Assembly: GCF_001194135.2 (NCBI RefSeq)
Contig: NC_068999.1
Span: 41,538,078-41,576,176 of the forward strand
Length of the DNA: 38,099 nucleotides
Origin: Octopus bimaculoides
Lineage: Eukaryota
Reading direction: 5' to 3'
The notes under the pieces were generated by a model that did no database searches, had not been told where the DNA came from, and was given only the letters and a program-made list of their open reading frames with translations. A program made the translations under genes and the position numbers. Shown here piece by piece: positions 21,702 to 32,928 of the stretch (the stretch's first letter is position 1; each line of letters starts with the position of its first letter).

Positions 21702-22644
21702 TATTTCATAGTTACTGTCCTTTTATTTTTATTTATTATAATTTTTTTCAGTTTTAATTAACTTTCAACACCCCTCTCAATGTCCCATCCTTTCTCCGTT
21801 TTCCTTGTGCTCACCTATTTTTTTTCAAGCTGCTGCCTGCTTCTCAAAGAGCTTTTCAATCAATTGAGTCTCTGACGTCACCCCTTCCCAGTTTATCGCA
21901 ATGTATTGGTGATCAATGGAATTAAACGTTTTCTTTAGATGTACAAATATTTCCACTGCACACGTTGTCTATCCAAACAGTAATGTCTTCAATTAATTCA
22001 ATAATTAGAGACAGAGAGATTGGTCTATTTGCTATGAATCCATACTAACCTGTCAGTCACTAATTTCTGCTTCTCAAAGTTGTCTTTTCCAATATCTTGT
22101 AGAACTGGGGAAAGTAAAATGGGGTTTATCGTTTTTCCAATATCTTGAAGAACTGACAAAGTAAAGAAACAAGCTATTCGTAAAATGATATTTATCTCCA
22201 GTTCTGTAGATTATTAGAACTTGTCATTTTCTTTTTGCTTAGAAAATGTATCATTTTGAAAAGACCAAGTCCCAGACGTGAGTTATTGATTTCTGTTGAT
22301 TTCTTCGATTATTATTTTCAGAGCAATTTAATTCCAATCAGTAGAATTTTAGTTCTTACATTTTAGCAACGATGCTCACGATTACTGTTCTAAGAGAAAT
22401 TGAACTCGGTTAGCCAATTCTCACAATCGGCATGGGTCCCATTTTCCGTCGCATCAGAGTCATCGATATTTTTTTTTTAAATTTTGGTCTGATGCATACA
22501 AAGAATAAATAAAATCATAGACCAGATTATTTTAATTCTAGTCTTATTGTTATTAATAAAAGACTGAAGATAATTTGTGCTTCAGGATCCATTTCTAAGA
22601 ATGCTGTTTAATACACACACGTGCGCACACACATACACACTGTG

Positions 22645-22752
22645 TAGCAAAAGCGAACAACAGAATAAGTACTAGGCTTACAGAGAATAAGTCCTGGGGT
22701 CGATTTGTTCGACTAAAGGCAGTGGTCCAGCAGAGCCGCAGCCAAATGACTG

Positions 22753-22755
<3 letters not shown>
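22645..22755 (+). mobile_element. SINE-B 3' tail
   Basis: CAGAATAAGTACTAGGCTTACAGAGAATAAGTCCTGGGGTCGATTTGTTCGACTAAAGGC...AAATGACTGAAA. Confidence 0.9.

Positions 22756-22840
<85 letters not shown>
22755..22840. repeat. (AT)n(AG)n microsatellite
   Basis: Direct reading. Confidence 0.98.
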
Positions 22841-22842
<2 letters not shown>

Positions 22843-24049
22843 CGAGCTTCATATTTTCAGTTGCGAGGTCCGTACAATGCGCAGATCGCTCTCATGACAT
22901 GCGATCTGGCCTAACTATCAACCACTCGGTTAGCAGCGATACCATGCCACATCATGAACACGATCTACAATGTCCTTATGGTTCCCGCATTTTTCAGTAT
23001 ATTAAAATGAAAGCTCGCTAAGAACAACTGCAGAGATTAAGGGAGCCATCAGAAAGCATACATTTTCACCTCTCGGCATAAGAAAGCCAGAACGCGGCCG
23101 AGAATAGAAGAAACTACGCCAAGTTTTTTTCCTTTGCTGAATTTCAGCCAAGAGAATAAAGGATGACAAACCAACTCCTCCTTTCTGCTTGCTTCTCGAG
23201 CCTTACCAACCATTGCTAAGGACGTTCGTTACACTGATGTTCGATTCGAATCTCCTAAATCTCTATCAGCTGTCATAAAAAAAAATTCATATGAATATCT
23301 ACAATAAATATTAATATATTCATTTATGTTCGCCTCTGTTCATTATGGGATAACACGCAGCCGAAATGGTTACAAAGAACAAACATCACATGTATCGCGT
23401 CATTGTGTATGTGTGTGTGTGTGTGTGTGTGTGTAACAAGATCGTGAGGAGTGTCACCGCAAGCATTCTTTTCCTCCATTCTTTAAGTATTCTATTATTT
23501 AATCCAGGTGCTCTATGTATACGACTAACAATTACATTTTGTTCCTTCCTATTTTCTCTCTCCCTGTATTTCTATTGTGAGACATTCAAACTCGCCATCC
23601 GCAGCTGTTATGTTTTCTATCACTACACGATAAAAAAAAATGTCTATCCACACACACAACCGCCTTTAGTCCATTCTAGTTCTTTCTGTTCATATAAATA
23701 ACTGTATATCTATTCATCTCACGTTCCCCTCCATTCTCAGGGCTGATGTAAGTTTCCGATGATGTATGTCTATCATATTGATTCATGTCTTGAACTGAAT
23801 TAAACATTTTTTCATGTTTTGGCAAATTGGCAGACAGATTTCTGCTGTTAAAGTAGATAATTCATATTTTATGAGCTTTTCAATCTCCGTGTTAAGCTAA
23901 TCAACGGTGAGATAAGAACAGTTGTTGATATTCAGGAAATTAATAAACTAAATAGTATCGTTTTCTACACCCTCTGTGATTTACGATCAGGGATTGTAGC
24001 CGCTAGAAAAAGTTATTTCCCCACCCCCGACCTTTTTTCTTTTTTTGAT

Positions 24050-24200
24050 TTCTAATTTTCTTGATCCGAACCTTTCTGATAATATCCGCATTTCTTCGTG
24101 CCAAAGGTCTATTTAAAACCACATCTAACCCCTTCAGCTTTTCTCCTTGTTTGAGAACATCTGCTTTCTGCTTCCTGTTTGCCAACCTCATTATCATTAT
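24050..24200 (-). mobile_element. LINE ORF1-like fragment (RRM/CTD region of L2/CR1/Crack-type ORF1p)
   Basis: IIMRLANRKQKADVLKQGEKLKGLDVVLNRPLARRNADIIRKVR resembles the I.RF.NRK.K..LL.QG.KLKG..VY.NEHLT..NA.I.RKAR pattern of LINE ORF1 proteins (recognised by eye). Confidence 0.55.
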
Positions 24201-24213
24201 TTCCTGTTCTTAA

Positions 24214-24403
24214 GGCGGTGAACTAACAGAACCGTTAACACGCGAGAAACATTGCTTTGCAGCACCACTTCCGGTTACGTTCTAACTTGAAAATCCGCCG
24301 AGGTCAACTTTGTCTCTCATCTTTTTGGAGCCGATAAAATAAGTAACAGTTGAGCACTGGGGGTCGATGTAACAAACGATCCCATCGCCAAAATTTGAAA
24401 ACA
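24214..24403 (+). mobile_element. SINE-A (first of a head-to-tail train), followed by an (ATT)n tail
   Basis: GGCGGTGAACTAACAGAACCGTTAACACG...AAATCCGCCGAGGTCAACTTTG...CCAAAATTTGAAAAC. Confidence 0.85.
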
Positions 24404-24430
24404 TTATTATTATTATTATTACTATTATTG

Positions 24431-24639
24431 AAGCGAGCTGGTAGAATCTTAGCGCGCTGGACGAAATGCTTATTTCGTCTGCCGCTACGTGCTGAGTTCA
24501 AATTCCGCCGAGGTCGACTTTGCCTTTCATCCTTTCGAAGTCGATAAATCAAGTACCAGTTGAGTACTTGGTTAGATGTGATCGACTGCCCCACTCCCCA
24601 CAAAATCCAGGCCTTTTGACTATAGTAGAAAGGATTATC
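24431..24639 (+). mobile_element. SINE-A, full length (second of train)
   Basis: GCGAGCTGGTAGAATCTTAGCGCGCTGGACGAAATGC...GAGTTCAAATTCCGCCGAGGTCGACTTTGCC. Confidence 0.93.
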
Positions 24640-24700
24640 GGCAGCTAGCAAGCAGAATCGTTAGCGTGCCGGACGAAATGCTTAGCCGTCTCTTTTCGGA
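24640..24700 (+). mobile_element. SINE-A head (third of train)
   Basis: GCAGAATCGTTAGCGTGCCGGACGAAATGCTTAGC. Confidence 0.85.
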
Positions 24701-24714
24701 ATTCGCTCAGTTCT

Positions 24715-25460
24715 GAGTCGGTACTAAACTGGGGTGCGAAATAGCTGTACGTGGCACAAGCTCTTTCTCCCGGAACTTTCTAGAGTGTCCTCAAACTTGA
24801 TCTAAAAGAGTCTCAGTAAAAGAGATTTACCACTTCGCTTGGCAGGAATATCAGGCGTTCTTTTATCTCTTCTTCGGTGACCAGAGCATCATTTTCACCA
24901 CGGGAGTCGGCAGGGTGACATCTTTGTAGTCTGCACTACGTATCAGTACTGTTACTAAGTTGGCGTCTGTCTTGGATTCGAATGTCTGATAACTTAGTTA
25001 CAATTTTTTGAGCAAACGTAGACAGAGTCCTTGCTACAAAGAAGTTGATGATTAGGGACCTTGACTGTAGAGTTCTAATAGTTAACAGTTTCAATGTTAA
25101 CTTCGGATACTTAATCGTTCGTCTTTGCAACCTCAGATTAGAGTGGTTTTGGTGACGCTGGCGTTCCGTGTCTGAAGATGATGAGGAAGAGCGGCAAGCT
25201 CTTAAGTGGCTTTGTAAACCGATCCTTGAACGACAGGTTCTGACTCACTTAGGCTTCAGTCAACTGGGGGTCGTAACGCTGATTCTTTCCTTGTCTGGGG
25301 TTTCTCAACCGCCACAGTTGCTCGGGGCTTCTGAAAATTGCTTGCAACGATCTGGATGCAATCTCGCCACAATCTCCCTCTATGCAGCAATTCAACGAGT
25401 TATTCTCTATTTTGGTTCCTCCCCGGTATCTCATCACACTTTAAAGTTTGCCTTCTAAGA
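24715..25460 (-). mobile_element. RTE-like LINE 5' fragment: probable 5' UTR plus N-terminal AP endonuclease, decayed
   Basis: One minus frame from 25130: KLTLKLLTIRTLQ...VARTLSTF..KI.TKLSDIRIQDRRQLS...HPADSRGEND...KERLIFLPSEVVN...RACATYSYFAP. This parallels the RTE APE motifs WNVRTL, ARELARY.IDIAALSETR, RRE.GVGF and TIISAYAP; three in-frame stops. UTR assignment is inference. Confidence 0.65.
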
Positions 25461-25690
25461 TGTTAAAACCTAAAAAAAAATTGCTTAAAAACATAATTGA
25501 GCCTAACGAAGGTTAACTGAATTTTATTTACTTTTATATTTACGTCGGTCCCTAAACCAGAACACATCCTTAGGATAAGCCCCAGTTTAGATTACTATCG
25601 TCTCTGCAAAATTTGGGGGGGGGGGGCTTCATTTATACAAAATTTATAAAACACTCGAAAGTTCGGTTAATATTAAATTTGCTTCATTAA

Positions 25691-25866
25691 GGCGGCGAGC
25701 TGGCAAAATGCTTAGTGGCATTTCGTCCGTCTTTACGTTCCGAGTTCAAATTCTTCCAAGATCGATCCTTTCAGGATCTATAAAATACGTACTCGTTGAA
25801 CACTGGGTGGGTCGACTTAGTCCCTCCGAAACTGCTGGCCTTGTGCCAAAATTTGAAACTAATATC
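25691..25866 (+). mobile_element. SINE-A with a short deletion in the head
   Basis: GGCGGCGAGCTGGCAAAATGCTTAG...GAGTTCAAATTC...GCTGGCCTTGTGCCAAAATTTGAAACTAATAT. Confidence 0.9.
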
Positions 25867-26249
25867 ATATTTGCTTGAAAAGGTTTTGTCACACAAATAA
25901 AAAAATATGTCATTTACAAAACTTAATATCATTTTAATTTTATAGATTATATTGTTGTATATAAATCGTTAAACTGGTGAAATTTAAATTTCTTGTTTGA
26001 CTGACCATATTTTAACTTATAAATAAATAAAACAACGTATCGTTTGTACACGTATTGGTTTAGAAACTTTGTAACGAAACAAAATTAATTTAGAATCAGA
26101 TATTGGCGTTGTTCTCGAAAAATATTAAGTCTGAAGCATAACTAATCAATATGGCAACGGAGAGAGGGAATGAGAAATATTAAATTTTACTGCAACGCGG
26201 CGTTTTATTAAATTTTATTTCATATATATTATTCCGAATGTAACTGTCC

Positions 26250-26876
26250 ATAACTGCCCTTCCAACAAATTCTGAATGAGACGTTCAAGTCAGCTGAACA
26301 TCTGGTTTCTATAACTGAACAGCTTCTCTATCTACTGATCTGTTCCAGATGGCTTTGCCGCGTCTGTTGTCTGTTTGAGACGACTTTGCCGGCTCTATTG
26401 TGTTTATATTTGGCGAGACAGTCATGTTTGGATATAAATGTTGTTCTACTTTTATGTTTCATCAATGGGGAAAAAGCAGAAGCCGGTTTCGAACCTAGAA
26501 AGAAGGCTGGCAATTTGCATAATCGCGTCACACCTGACATTTGGCCTCCTAATTCTCCAGATCTCAATCCACTGGACTATTATGTATGGAGCATCGTTGA
26601 CAAAAATATCAATGAACATCCTTATAGCACCAAAGATTCATTGATAGCCGCCATAGTTCGAGTCATGTCCGATATGGACAAGGACCGCTTAATCCGAGCT
26701 TGTAAATGATTTTGACCCGGCGCAAAGGCAGTTATTGTAGCTTATGGTGGTTTTATTGAATGAAATTATTAAATTGATTTAGTTTTATGTTATTTTTATA
26801 AAAAGTTTTTTTCTATTATATTATGTAAGCCTTTTTTTAAACCATAAATCTGTCCTCATATACCGTCCGCACCCTG
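26250..26876 (+). mobile_element. Tc1/mariner-superfamily element (maT/DD37D-like), internally deleted
   Basis: MGKKQKPVSNLERRLA (ATG 26465) joined out of frame to HNRVTPDIWPPNSPDLNPLDYYVWSIV (26542-26580)...LIRACK*F*PGAKAVIVAYGGFIE*. 3' terminus ...TACCGTCCGCACCCTG|TA. 5' boundary approximate; no 5' TIR found. Confidence 0.88.
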
Positions 26877-26924
26877 TATAAACGCGCACGTACACACACA
26901 TACACACAAACACACGTACATATA

Positions 26925-27145
26925 TGTATGTGCGTGTTCGTTTCTCCCCCACAACTGCCTGACAACTGATTCTAGTTCGTTTAAGTTCCGTAACATAGAG
27001 GTTCGACAAGCAGAACAGATAAAATAGGTACCAGGCTTAAAACAAAAAGAGAAATACAAATTCTGAGATCGATTTGTTCGGCTAAAACTCTCCAAGTCGC
27101 TGCCCCAGCATGGCCGCAGTTCAGTGACTATAACAAGCAAAAGGT
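26925..27145 (+). mobile_element. SINE-B 3' half
   Basis: CCGTAACATAGAGGTTCGACAAG...GATCGATTTGTTCGGCTAAA...CCCCAGCATGGCCGCAG. Confidence 0.85.
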
Positions 27146-27620
27146 GAAAAAAGAAGATAAGGAAAGTCGGTTACATAACCAATTTTTTTCCTCAGTAATC
27201 TCAGACATAAATCTAAAGTTAGAGTCAGAATGCAGTAACGGCAGTTTTCTCATTAGTCTAGTGTAAATATTTTCTTTTTATCTTTAACATGTTAACGTCT
27301 GTTGAATAACTAATTTCTATTCCAGCACACGTTTTCTTTTCTCTGTCCCAAATCATTCCGTCTGGTCTGTTGCGACTATTTTACAGGAACGTTCCGCTTT
27401 TTGTTCTTCCATCTCATCGGGTAGGTATACCCTGCACATCTTTTAATTCTTAGCTGTTTCAATCACTGGGATGCGACAGTACTGGGGTATTGCCTGGATG
27501 CTTTGGTACTTATTCCATCGCTCTCTTTTGTTGGACTGTCAAATTATACGGACATAAACAAACTAACACTGGCTGTCAGACGGTTGGGAGTACAAACAGA
27601 TAGACACACACATACGTGTG

Positions 27621-27648
27621 TAAGAGAGAGAGAAAGGGAGAGAGAGAT

Positions 27649-27709
<61 letters not shown>

Positions 27710-27714
27710 AAGAG
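27621..27714. repeat. (GA)n microsatellite
   Basis: Direct reading. Confidence 0.98.
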
Positions 27715-27944
27715 ATGATAGTAGTAGCAGTATTGTGATGAAAGCACATCTATGAAATAATGGTTCCCTTATTTTCTCTCAATCTTCTATGTGTTTTTTT
27801 CTATCCTCTTATTAACCCATTTTCAAATGCTTCTTTTATCAATATATATTTTTCTTCCTTAGATTTCATTTCGTTCAATTTCATTCACTTTTATTCAGAC
27901 TAGATCACAGATTTACTCTTTTTTAACTCTAGAATTACGTCCGT

Positions 27945-28020
27945 GATGAAGCACCGCCTTCAAGAGTTAATCGATAATATCTATGCCCCCAGTGATTATT
28001 TTTAAGTTTGGTACTTATCA
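27945..28020 (-). mobile_element. SINE-B tail fragment
   Basis: GAAGCACCGCCTTCAAG...CCCCCAGTGATTATTTTTAAGTTTGGTACTTATC. Confidence 0.6.
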
Positions 28021-28304
28021 GGCTCTTCAGGACATCAAAAACATTTTTCGAACAGTTAGTGCAATCATGAGTAAAGAGACAGAAACGTAACCACACCCAC
28101 ACAAAGTCTTTGGTGATCTGAAAAGACATGTCCGTACACAATGCCAAATATCATAATTCTGCACTGCATTTAACTGAAAGGAGACGTCTATATGATAGCT
28201 GTGGTAAAAGCCGCAGATCATCAGTCAGGCTGAAAACAAAATTCTTTATTTTGCAGCTGTTGAACAATCAATGGTCTTCCTCATAATTGAACCGATTTCC
28301 TTCA

Positions 28305-28468
28305 CACACACAAACTCGACGGGATTCCGCACAGTTTCTGTCTACCAAATTTCACTCACGAGGTATTGGTCAGCTGAAGTCTATAGAAAATGCACTTATT
28401 AAAGGTGCAACACAGTAGGACCGAACATGAAATCACGTAGTTTTAGAGCAAACTTTTTAACCATACAG
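28305..28468 (-). mobile_element. SINE-B head and core, decayed
   Basis: CGACGGGATTCCGCACAGTTTCTGTCTACCAAATTTCACTCACGAGG...TTTAACCATACAGCC is the reverse complement of the 32930-33060 segment. Confidence 0.75.
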
Positions 28469-28991
28469 CCATTTTTGCTCAATGCCGTTCAGTTTCTTCC
28501 TGTTTTGTCCATTAGTTTCCACATTCCTTCAACCTTATCTACAATAATCATTACTTCTCTTTTTCGCACAAAATAATTGAAAACACTTTTAATCAATTCC
28601 ATTTACTTTACTTTCGTCCATTTTGTTTGTTCTTTTTTCATATGCGTTCAATTTTCTTCCATTTCGTTTACATTCGTTCAATTTTTCATATTCGTTCAAT
28701 TTTGCTCAATTCCATATTATTTTCTATGCCTGTTCTCAGCCAAGAAAGTTAATTTTTCCCCCATTTTGTATCATTTATTTATTGTCTTATTTTTTAATAT
28801 TGATTTCTTATTTAAGCAGACGACCATCTTATTTCTATTATTAGTTTGTTTTCTTGTAACTGTTACAGCTGTTGCAGTTAATGTTGTAGTTACCTCCTAT
28901 TTTCTGCTACTTGTTGTTGTGACTGCTGCTTATTTAAAGATGTTGCTACTGCTGCTGTTGTTGTTGATGTTCCTGATATTATTGTTGCTAT

Positions 28992-29340
28992 TGTGTATCT
29001 CCCCACCCAACCACGATCGATCAGGCTTACAGCACGTATGATAGCTGGTCAAACTCTTTATATAACATACACCTACATAGACACGACCTTCCCACACCTC
29101 TACAGAACGTACAACAGTCTCCATATGCAGACGACACCACTCCTGTTCTTCCACCAACCTCTCCCAGATACTGTGCTGTTCAACTACTCCGACTTCAATC
29201 ACCAAAAGTCCTGGCTCCAAAATAACTGATTTCGAAGCAGCACCTACCAAATCTACAGTCTGCTTCTCCACACTTTATCGGCAACACAAAAGAACGATCA
29301 GATACAACCGATCGTCACACTCAAAAACAGACATACCACC
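28992..29340 (+). mobile_element. Non-LTR retrotransposon RT fragment including the catalytic YADD motif
   Basis: Frame from 28992: SLYNIHLHRHDLPTPLQNVQQSPYADDTT (YADD at 29124-29135), then after frameshifts WLQNN and AAPTKSTV; clade uncertain. Confidence 0.75.
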
Positions 29341-29704
29341 TGAGTATATATATATACGTATACATGCATATATGCACGCATTCATGAATATACGTACGTA
29401 TTTACGCAGGCTGGAAGATAGGTAGATATGGAAGACAAAAATATGATTTACATACTTCAACTGGAAAATATTCACAGCACAGACAGAAAAAAAAAACAGA
29501 AATGATGCAGACAGAATTCTCATGTACCATATTTAAGTAACTTTAGATGGTTATCGTATGAGAGAGCATTGTGGTTATTGTTGTTGTAATTTAACCCCAA
29601 GTCAGCAGTGATCAAATTCACCTATGATCAAAGAGTTTTATCCGTGACCGTCCCATTTTGCCTTTTCAGAAAAAATGTATTTAGACTTATTCAATCTTTT
29701 AGCT

Positions 29705-29870
29705 TTCGCTAGTTTCAGTCATTAGACTGCGGCCATGCTGAAGCACCACCTTCAAATCGAAATTTTTAAAGTCTGGTACTAATTCTATCGGTACCTGTTA
29801 CTGTGTCGCTAAGTTACAGAGACGTAAACTAACACCGGGGGTGGGGGTGGGGACAAACACAAACATACAT
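29705..29870 (-). mobile_element. SINE-B 3' half
   Basis: GTTTCAGTCATTAGACTGCGGCCATGCTGAAGCACCACC...GGTACTAATTCTATCGG...GCTAAGTTACAGAGACGTAAAC. Confidence 0.88.
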
Positions 29871-30031
29871 ATATATCAATTTCATTCTGGAATTTATTAA
29901 GCTCATCAACAGGTGCAGCCTGTCAAATACAGCCGATCGTTTTACAGGTCATATTTACGAAAAATCCATATCTGTAGAGTAGAATGGAGCGAGTAAGTTG
30001 TTTTATTACATAAATTTACTCTTGTTTCATC

Positions 30032-30081
<50 letters not shown>

Positions 30082-30429
30082 TGCAGTAAGGCTTCAACAA
30101 GAAGGATCGCATTCGATCAGCTAAGAAAGTGTAGATAGTGTTATAATGTAAACCACAAGTCTTGTGAAATACAACTGTCCAGGGTTTCGTAGCCGAAACA
30201 CTAATTTATTTCGCCGTTTTTCAAGCTGAGGACAAGACTGTTTATCGGCTGCTTTTAAAGCAGATGACCTTTTGAACAAGGAACGCTCATGAGGAAGAAG
30301 ACAGAAAGAAAAAAACACAAGGGAGATAACTAACGTTACAACATACAAATGTCAAAAAAGAAAATAAACAAGATATTAATGGTTTACCATGTATCCAGTG
30401 ACCTAATTTTAAATTCAGCCATGATGTAT

Positions 30430-30660
30430 TTTTTTTAAATGAAGACAAAGAAGAATTCTCGTTTCTGGAATTTACGTTGGCGTTAGAAGTCTTTAAGGTC
30501 TTTAAGAGATATAATTTCTAGAGAGAGAACATTTACAACATCTTTTTGACCGGTTGATATAGGGTTTAGTTTTGGAAAGGAATTTCCATTTGATGTCGTA
30601 GTTGGTTCATTCTTTAAGGTTCCAAATTAAAGCTGAAAGAGTTCGTTTAGGTTTCTTATC
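30430..30660 (-). mobile_element. Penelope-like element, C-terminal end of the GIY-YIG endonuclease region, decayed
   Basis: DKKPKRTLSALIWNLKE*TNYDIKWKFLSKTKPYINRSKRCCKCSL...ETRILLCLH parallels the T.LS.YIW.LK...Y.IKW.I....PY....K.C.LCL.EK...C.H signature of Penelope-type proteins. Confidence 0.75.
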
Positions 30661-30685
30661 ACGGCAGCTAAAAACCGAAAGCATG

Positions 30686-30903
30686 TCACAGGCACGCGTA
30701 CTCTAAGCGTAGTTCGCAGAAAAGTTTAGCGTGATGCAGGATTGACAAGGCTGTCCGTTTCAATTACACATACTGCTCATTTTTTGTCAGTTGCGTGGAC
30801 TGGAATACCGTGAAACAAAGTGTCTTTTTCAAGGACACAACGCTTCGCCGGGAATCGAACTCATGACCCTACGATCCGTAACAACTAAACCACACGCCTT
30901 CAC
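30686..30903 (-). mobile_element. Third tRNA-derived SINE family (SINE-C)
   Basis: Minus strand GTGAAGGCGTGTGGTTTAG...B-box GAGTTCGATTCCC (30850-30862), then GTGTCCTTGAAAAAGACACTTT core-like segment. Confidence 0.75.
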
Positions 30904-31139
30904 AATGATCAAATGAACAGGGTGGGGAACAAAGTCTGACAATAAGATATTAGTTCAACGCTTTACTGGGAAAATGTTTTAACGTTTCGGTCAATAATTC
31001 TTTTTCAGAATCAAGAGAGAAGTATAGAGGGAGTGAAGAAGAGAAATAGTCAATGAGAAAAGGAAAGGAGCGAAGGGTTTGAAACTAGGTGGGAATACTG
31101 TTCTATAAGGTTAATTAAGACAGGAGGGATTGATAATGC

Positions 31140-31660
31140 TGACTAATCGCTTCCCCTCAAAATTGTTAGCCTTGTGCTTAAATTACAAACAAAGATACTA
31201 AAGTGGCACAATCGTTACAATGACAGGAAAATGTCTTCCGACATATTTTGGCTCTTTACATTCTGGGTTCAAATCCCGCCGTGGTCAACTTTTCCTTTCG
31301 TCTATCAGGGTCGAAGAAATAAAGTACATTAGAGGAGACAATATAATTGACTAACTTCCTCCCCACCCCTACAACTACTGGCATCGTACCAAAATTAAAA
31401 ACATCATCATCATCATTATTATTATTATAAATGCGGTGAACCAGCAGAATCATTAGTGCGTCAGACAAAATGCTTAGAATGCTTAGCAGCATTTCATCTG
31501 GCTCTGTTCGTTCCGAGTTCTAATCCGCCGTCATCAATTATGCTTCTCGTGCTTTCGGGGACGGTAAAATAAATACCAGTCAAGCACTGAGATCCGTGTA
31601 ATCAACTTAACCCCTTTTTTCTAAAGTTGCTGACCTTCAGCCAAAATTAGAAATAATAAT
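31140..31660 (+). mobile_element. Head-to-tail train of SINE-A: tail 31140-31190, copies 31202-31402 and 31431-31660
   Basis: Each copy has the B-box region and tail; separated by (CAT)n(ATT)n. Confidence 0.8.
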
Positions 31661-31881
31661 TTTGGTCTTTATCATATAAGGCCTGAGGTAAGTTGTCCGG
31701 TCAATCGCATTCTTGGTCGATTTAATACAATCGCTGAGTATCATAGAGATCCAATAGAATACTTAATTCTCACAACGTAATCCTCAATCCGAATCAACGT
31801 GCCTCAACATTGTGACACAACTACACCTTTGAATTACAGGTTCAATCCAAAGACATAGACAGAGACATCGAGTCTAACACT

Positions 31882-32012
31882 GGATCGATCGTATATTTAT
31901 CGACCCGAAAATAATTAAAGACGAAGTGAAGACCTCAGCCGGTCTTGAACTCAGGACGCAAAGAACCTAAATGAACATCGACAAGCAACTCTATGCAACG
32001 GACTAACGAATT
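31882..32012 (-). mobile_element. SINE-A 5' half, decayed
   Basis: TTTATCGACCCGAAA...CTTGAACTCAGGACG...GACTAACGA. Confidence 0.65.
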
Positions 32013-32315
32013 AAAGTCAGTTCACCACCTTTTACAGTGGATATTGTGTATTGGACGATCGATGAAAAATTGCCAATCAATCGGCTGGCCTTTGTGTGAC
32101 GGTGGCGGTGAATCTAGAATGTTTCTCTGCGTAGCTGTTCTACCATCATAGATTTTGCGTGAAGAACTATCAATCAATCTACTATATCATTATGTGTGTG
32201 GGGGGTGATATTTTCTCAAGTTTGTGCACGTATGTGGCTGTGGGTATCTACTAGTATTTATGCATCTGTTTACTGCTCTAACGTACGTGCGTATATGACT
32301 ATATTCTAACGTGTG

Positions 32316-32352
<37 letters not shown>

Positions 32353-32544
32353 TTTCGATGCGAATAGTTTGTTTTTTTTATTACGGTGCAGCGATTTCCA
32401 ATCCTGTAAATAATAATAATATTGGTATTTTTATATAAGCTTAAAGCTTATGGCGATCAGCGTGCAAAGACGAAGGAAAATAGTCTAATAAAGGGTTATA
32501 TAAGCCCTCGATAGAAAAAAGAAGGCTTGTTAGACTATTTTCCT

Positions 32545-32764
32545 NNNNNNNNNNNNNNNNNNNNNNNNNNNNNNNNNNNNNNNNNNNNNNNNNNNNNNNN
32601 NNNNNNNNNNNNNNNNNNNNNNNNNNNNNNNNNNNNNNNNNNNNNNNNNNNNNNNNNNNNNNNNNNNNNNNNNNNNNNNNNNNNNNNNNNNNNNNNNNNN
32701 NNNNNNNNNNNNNNNNNNNNNNNNNNNNNNNNNNNNNNNNNNNNNNNNNNNNNNNNNNNNNNNN
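32545..32764. other. Assembly gap (220 N)
   Basis: N run. Confidence 1.
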
Positions 32765-32769
32765 CTACT

Positions 32770-32928
32770 ATAACTCCGGTGTTGGTTTGCTTACGTCCTC
32801 GTAACTTAGCGGTTCGGCAAAAGAAATAGACAGAATAAGTACCAGCCTTTAAAAAAAATAAGCACTGGGGTCGATTTGTCTGATTAAAAACCGTTCAAAT
32901 CGTTCCCCAGCATGCCCGCAGCCCAATG
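32770..32928 (+). mobile_element. SINE-B 3' half (5' part lies in the gap)
   Basis: CGTAACTTAGCGGTTCGGCAAAAG...AATAAGCACTGGGGTCGATTTG. Confidence 0.9.

Noticed and set aside
22882-22908. 8-bp hairpin CAGATCGC-N11-GCGATCTG and the 52-codon frame after TTTTCAG at 22860
   Set aside because: Stem too short to be significant and peptide unrecognised
30263-30297. Minus-strand CUCAUGA...CAAAAGGUC downstream of the Penelope fragment
   Set aside because: Several core changes and no helix II pairing; too decayed to call
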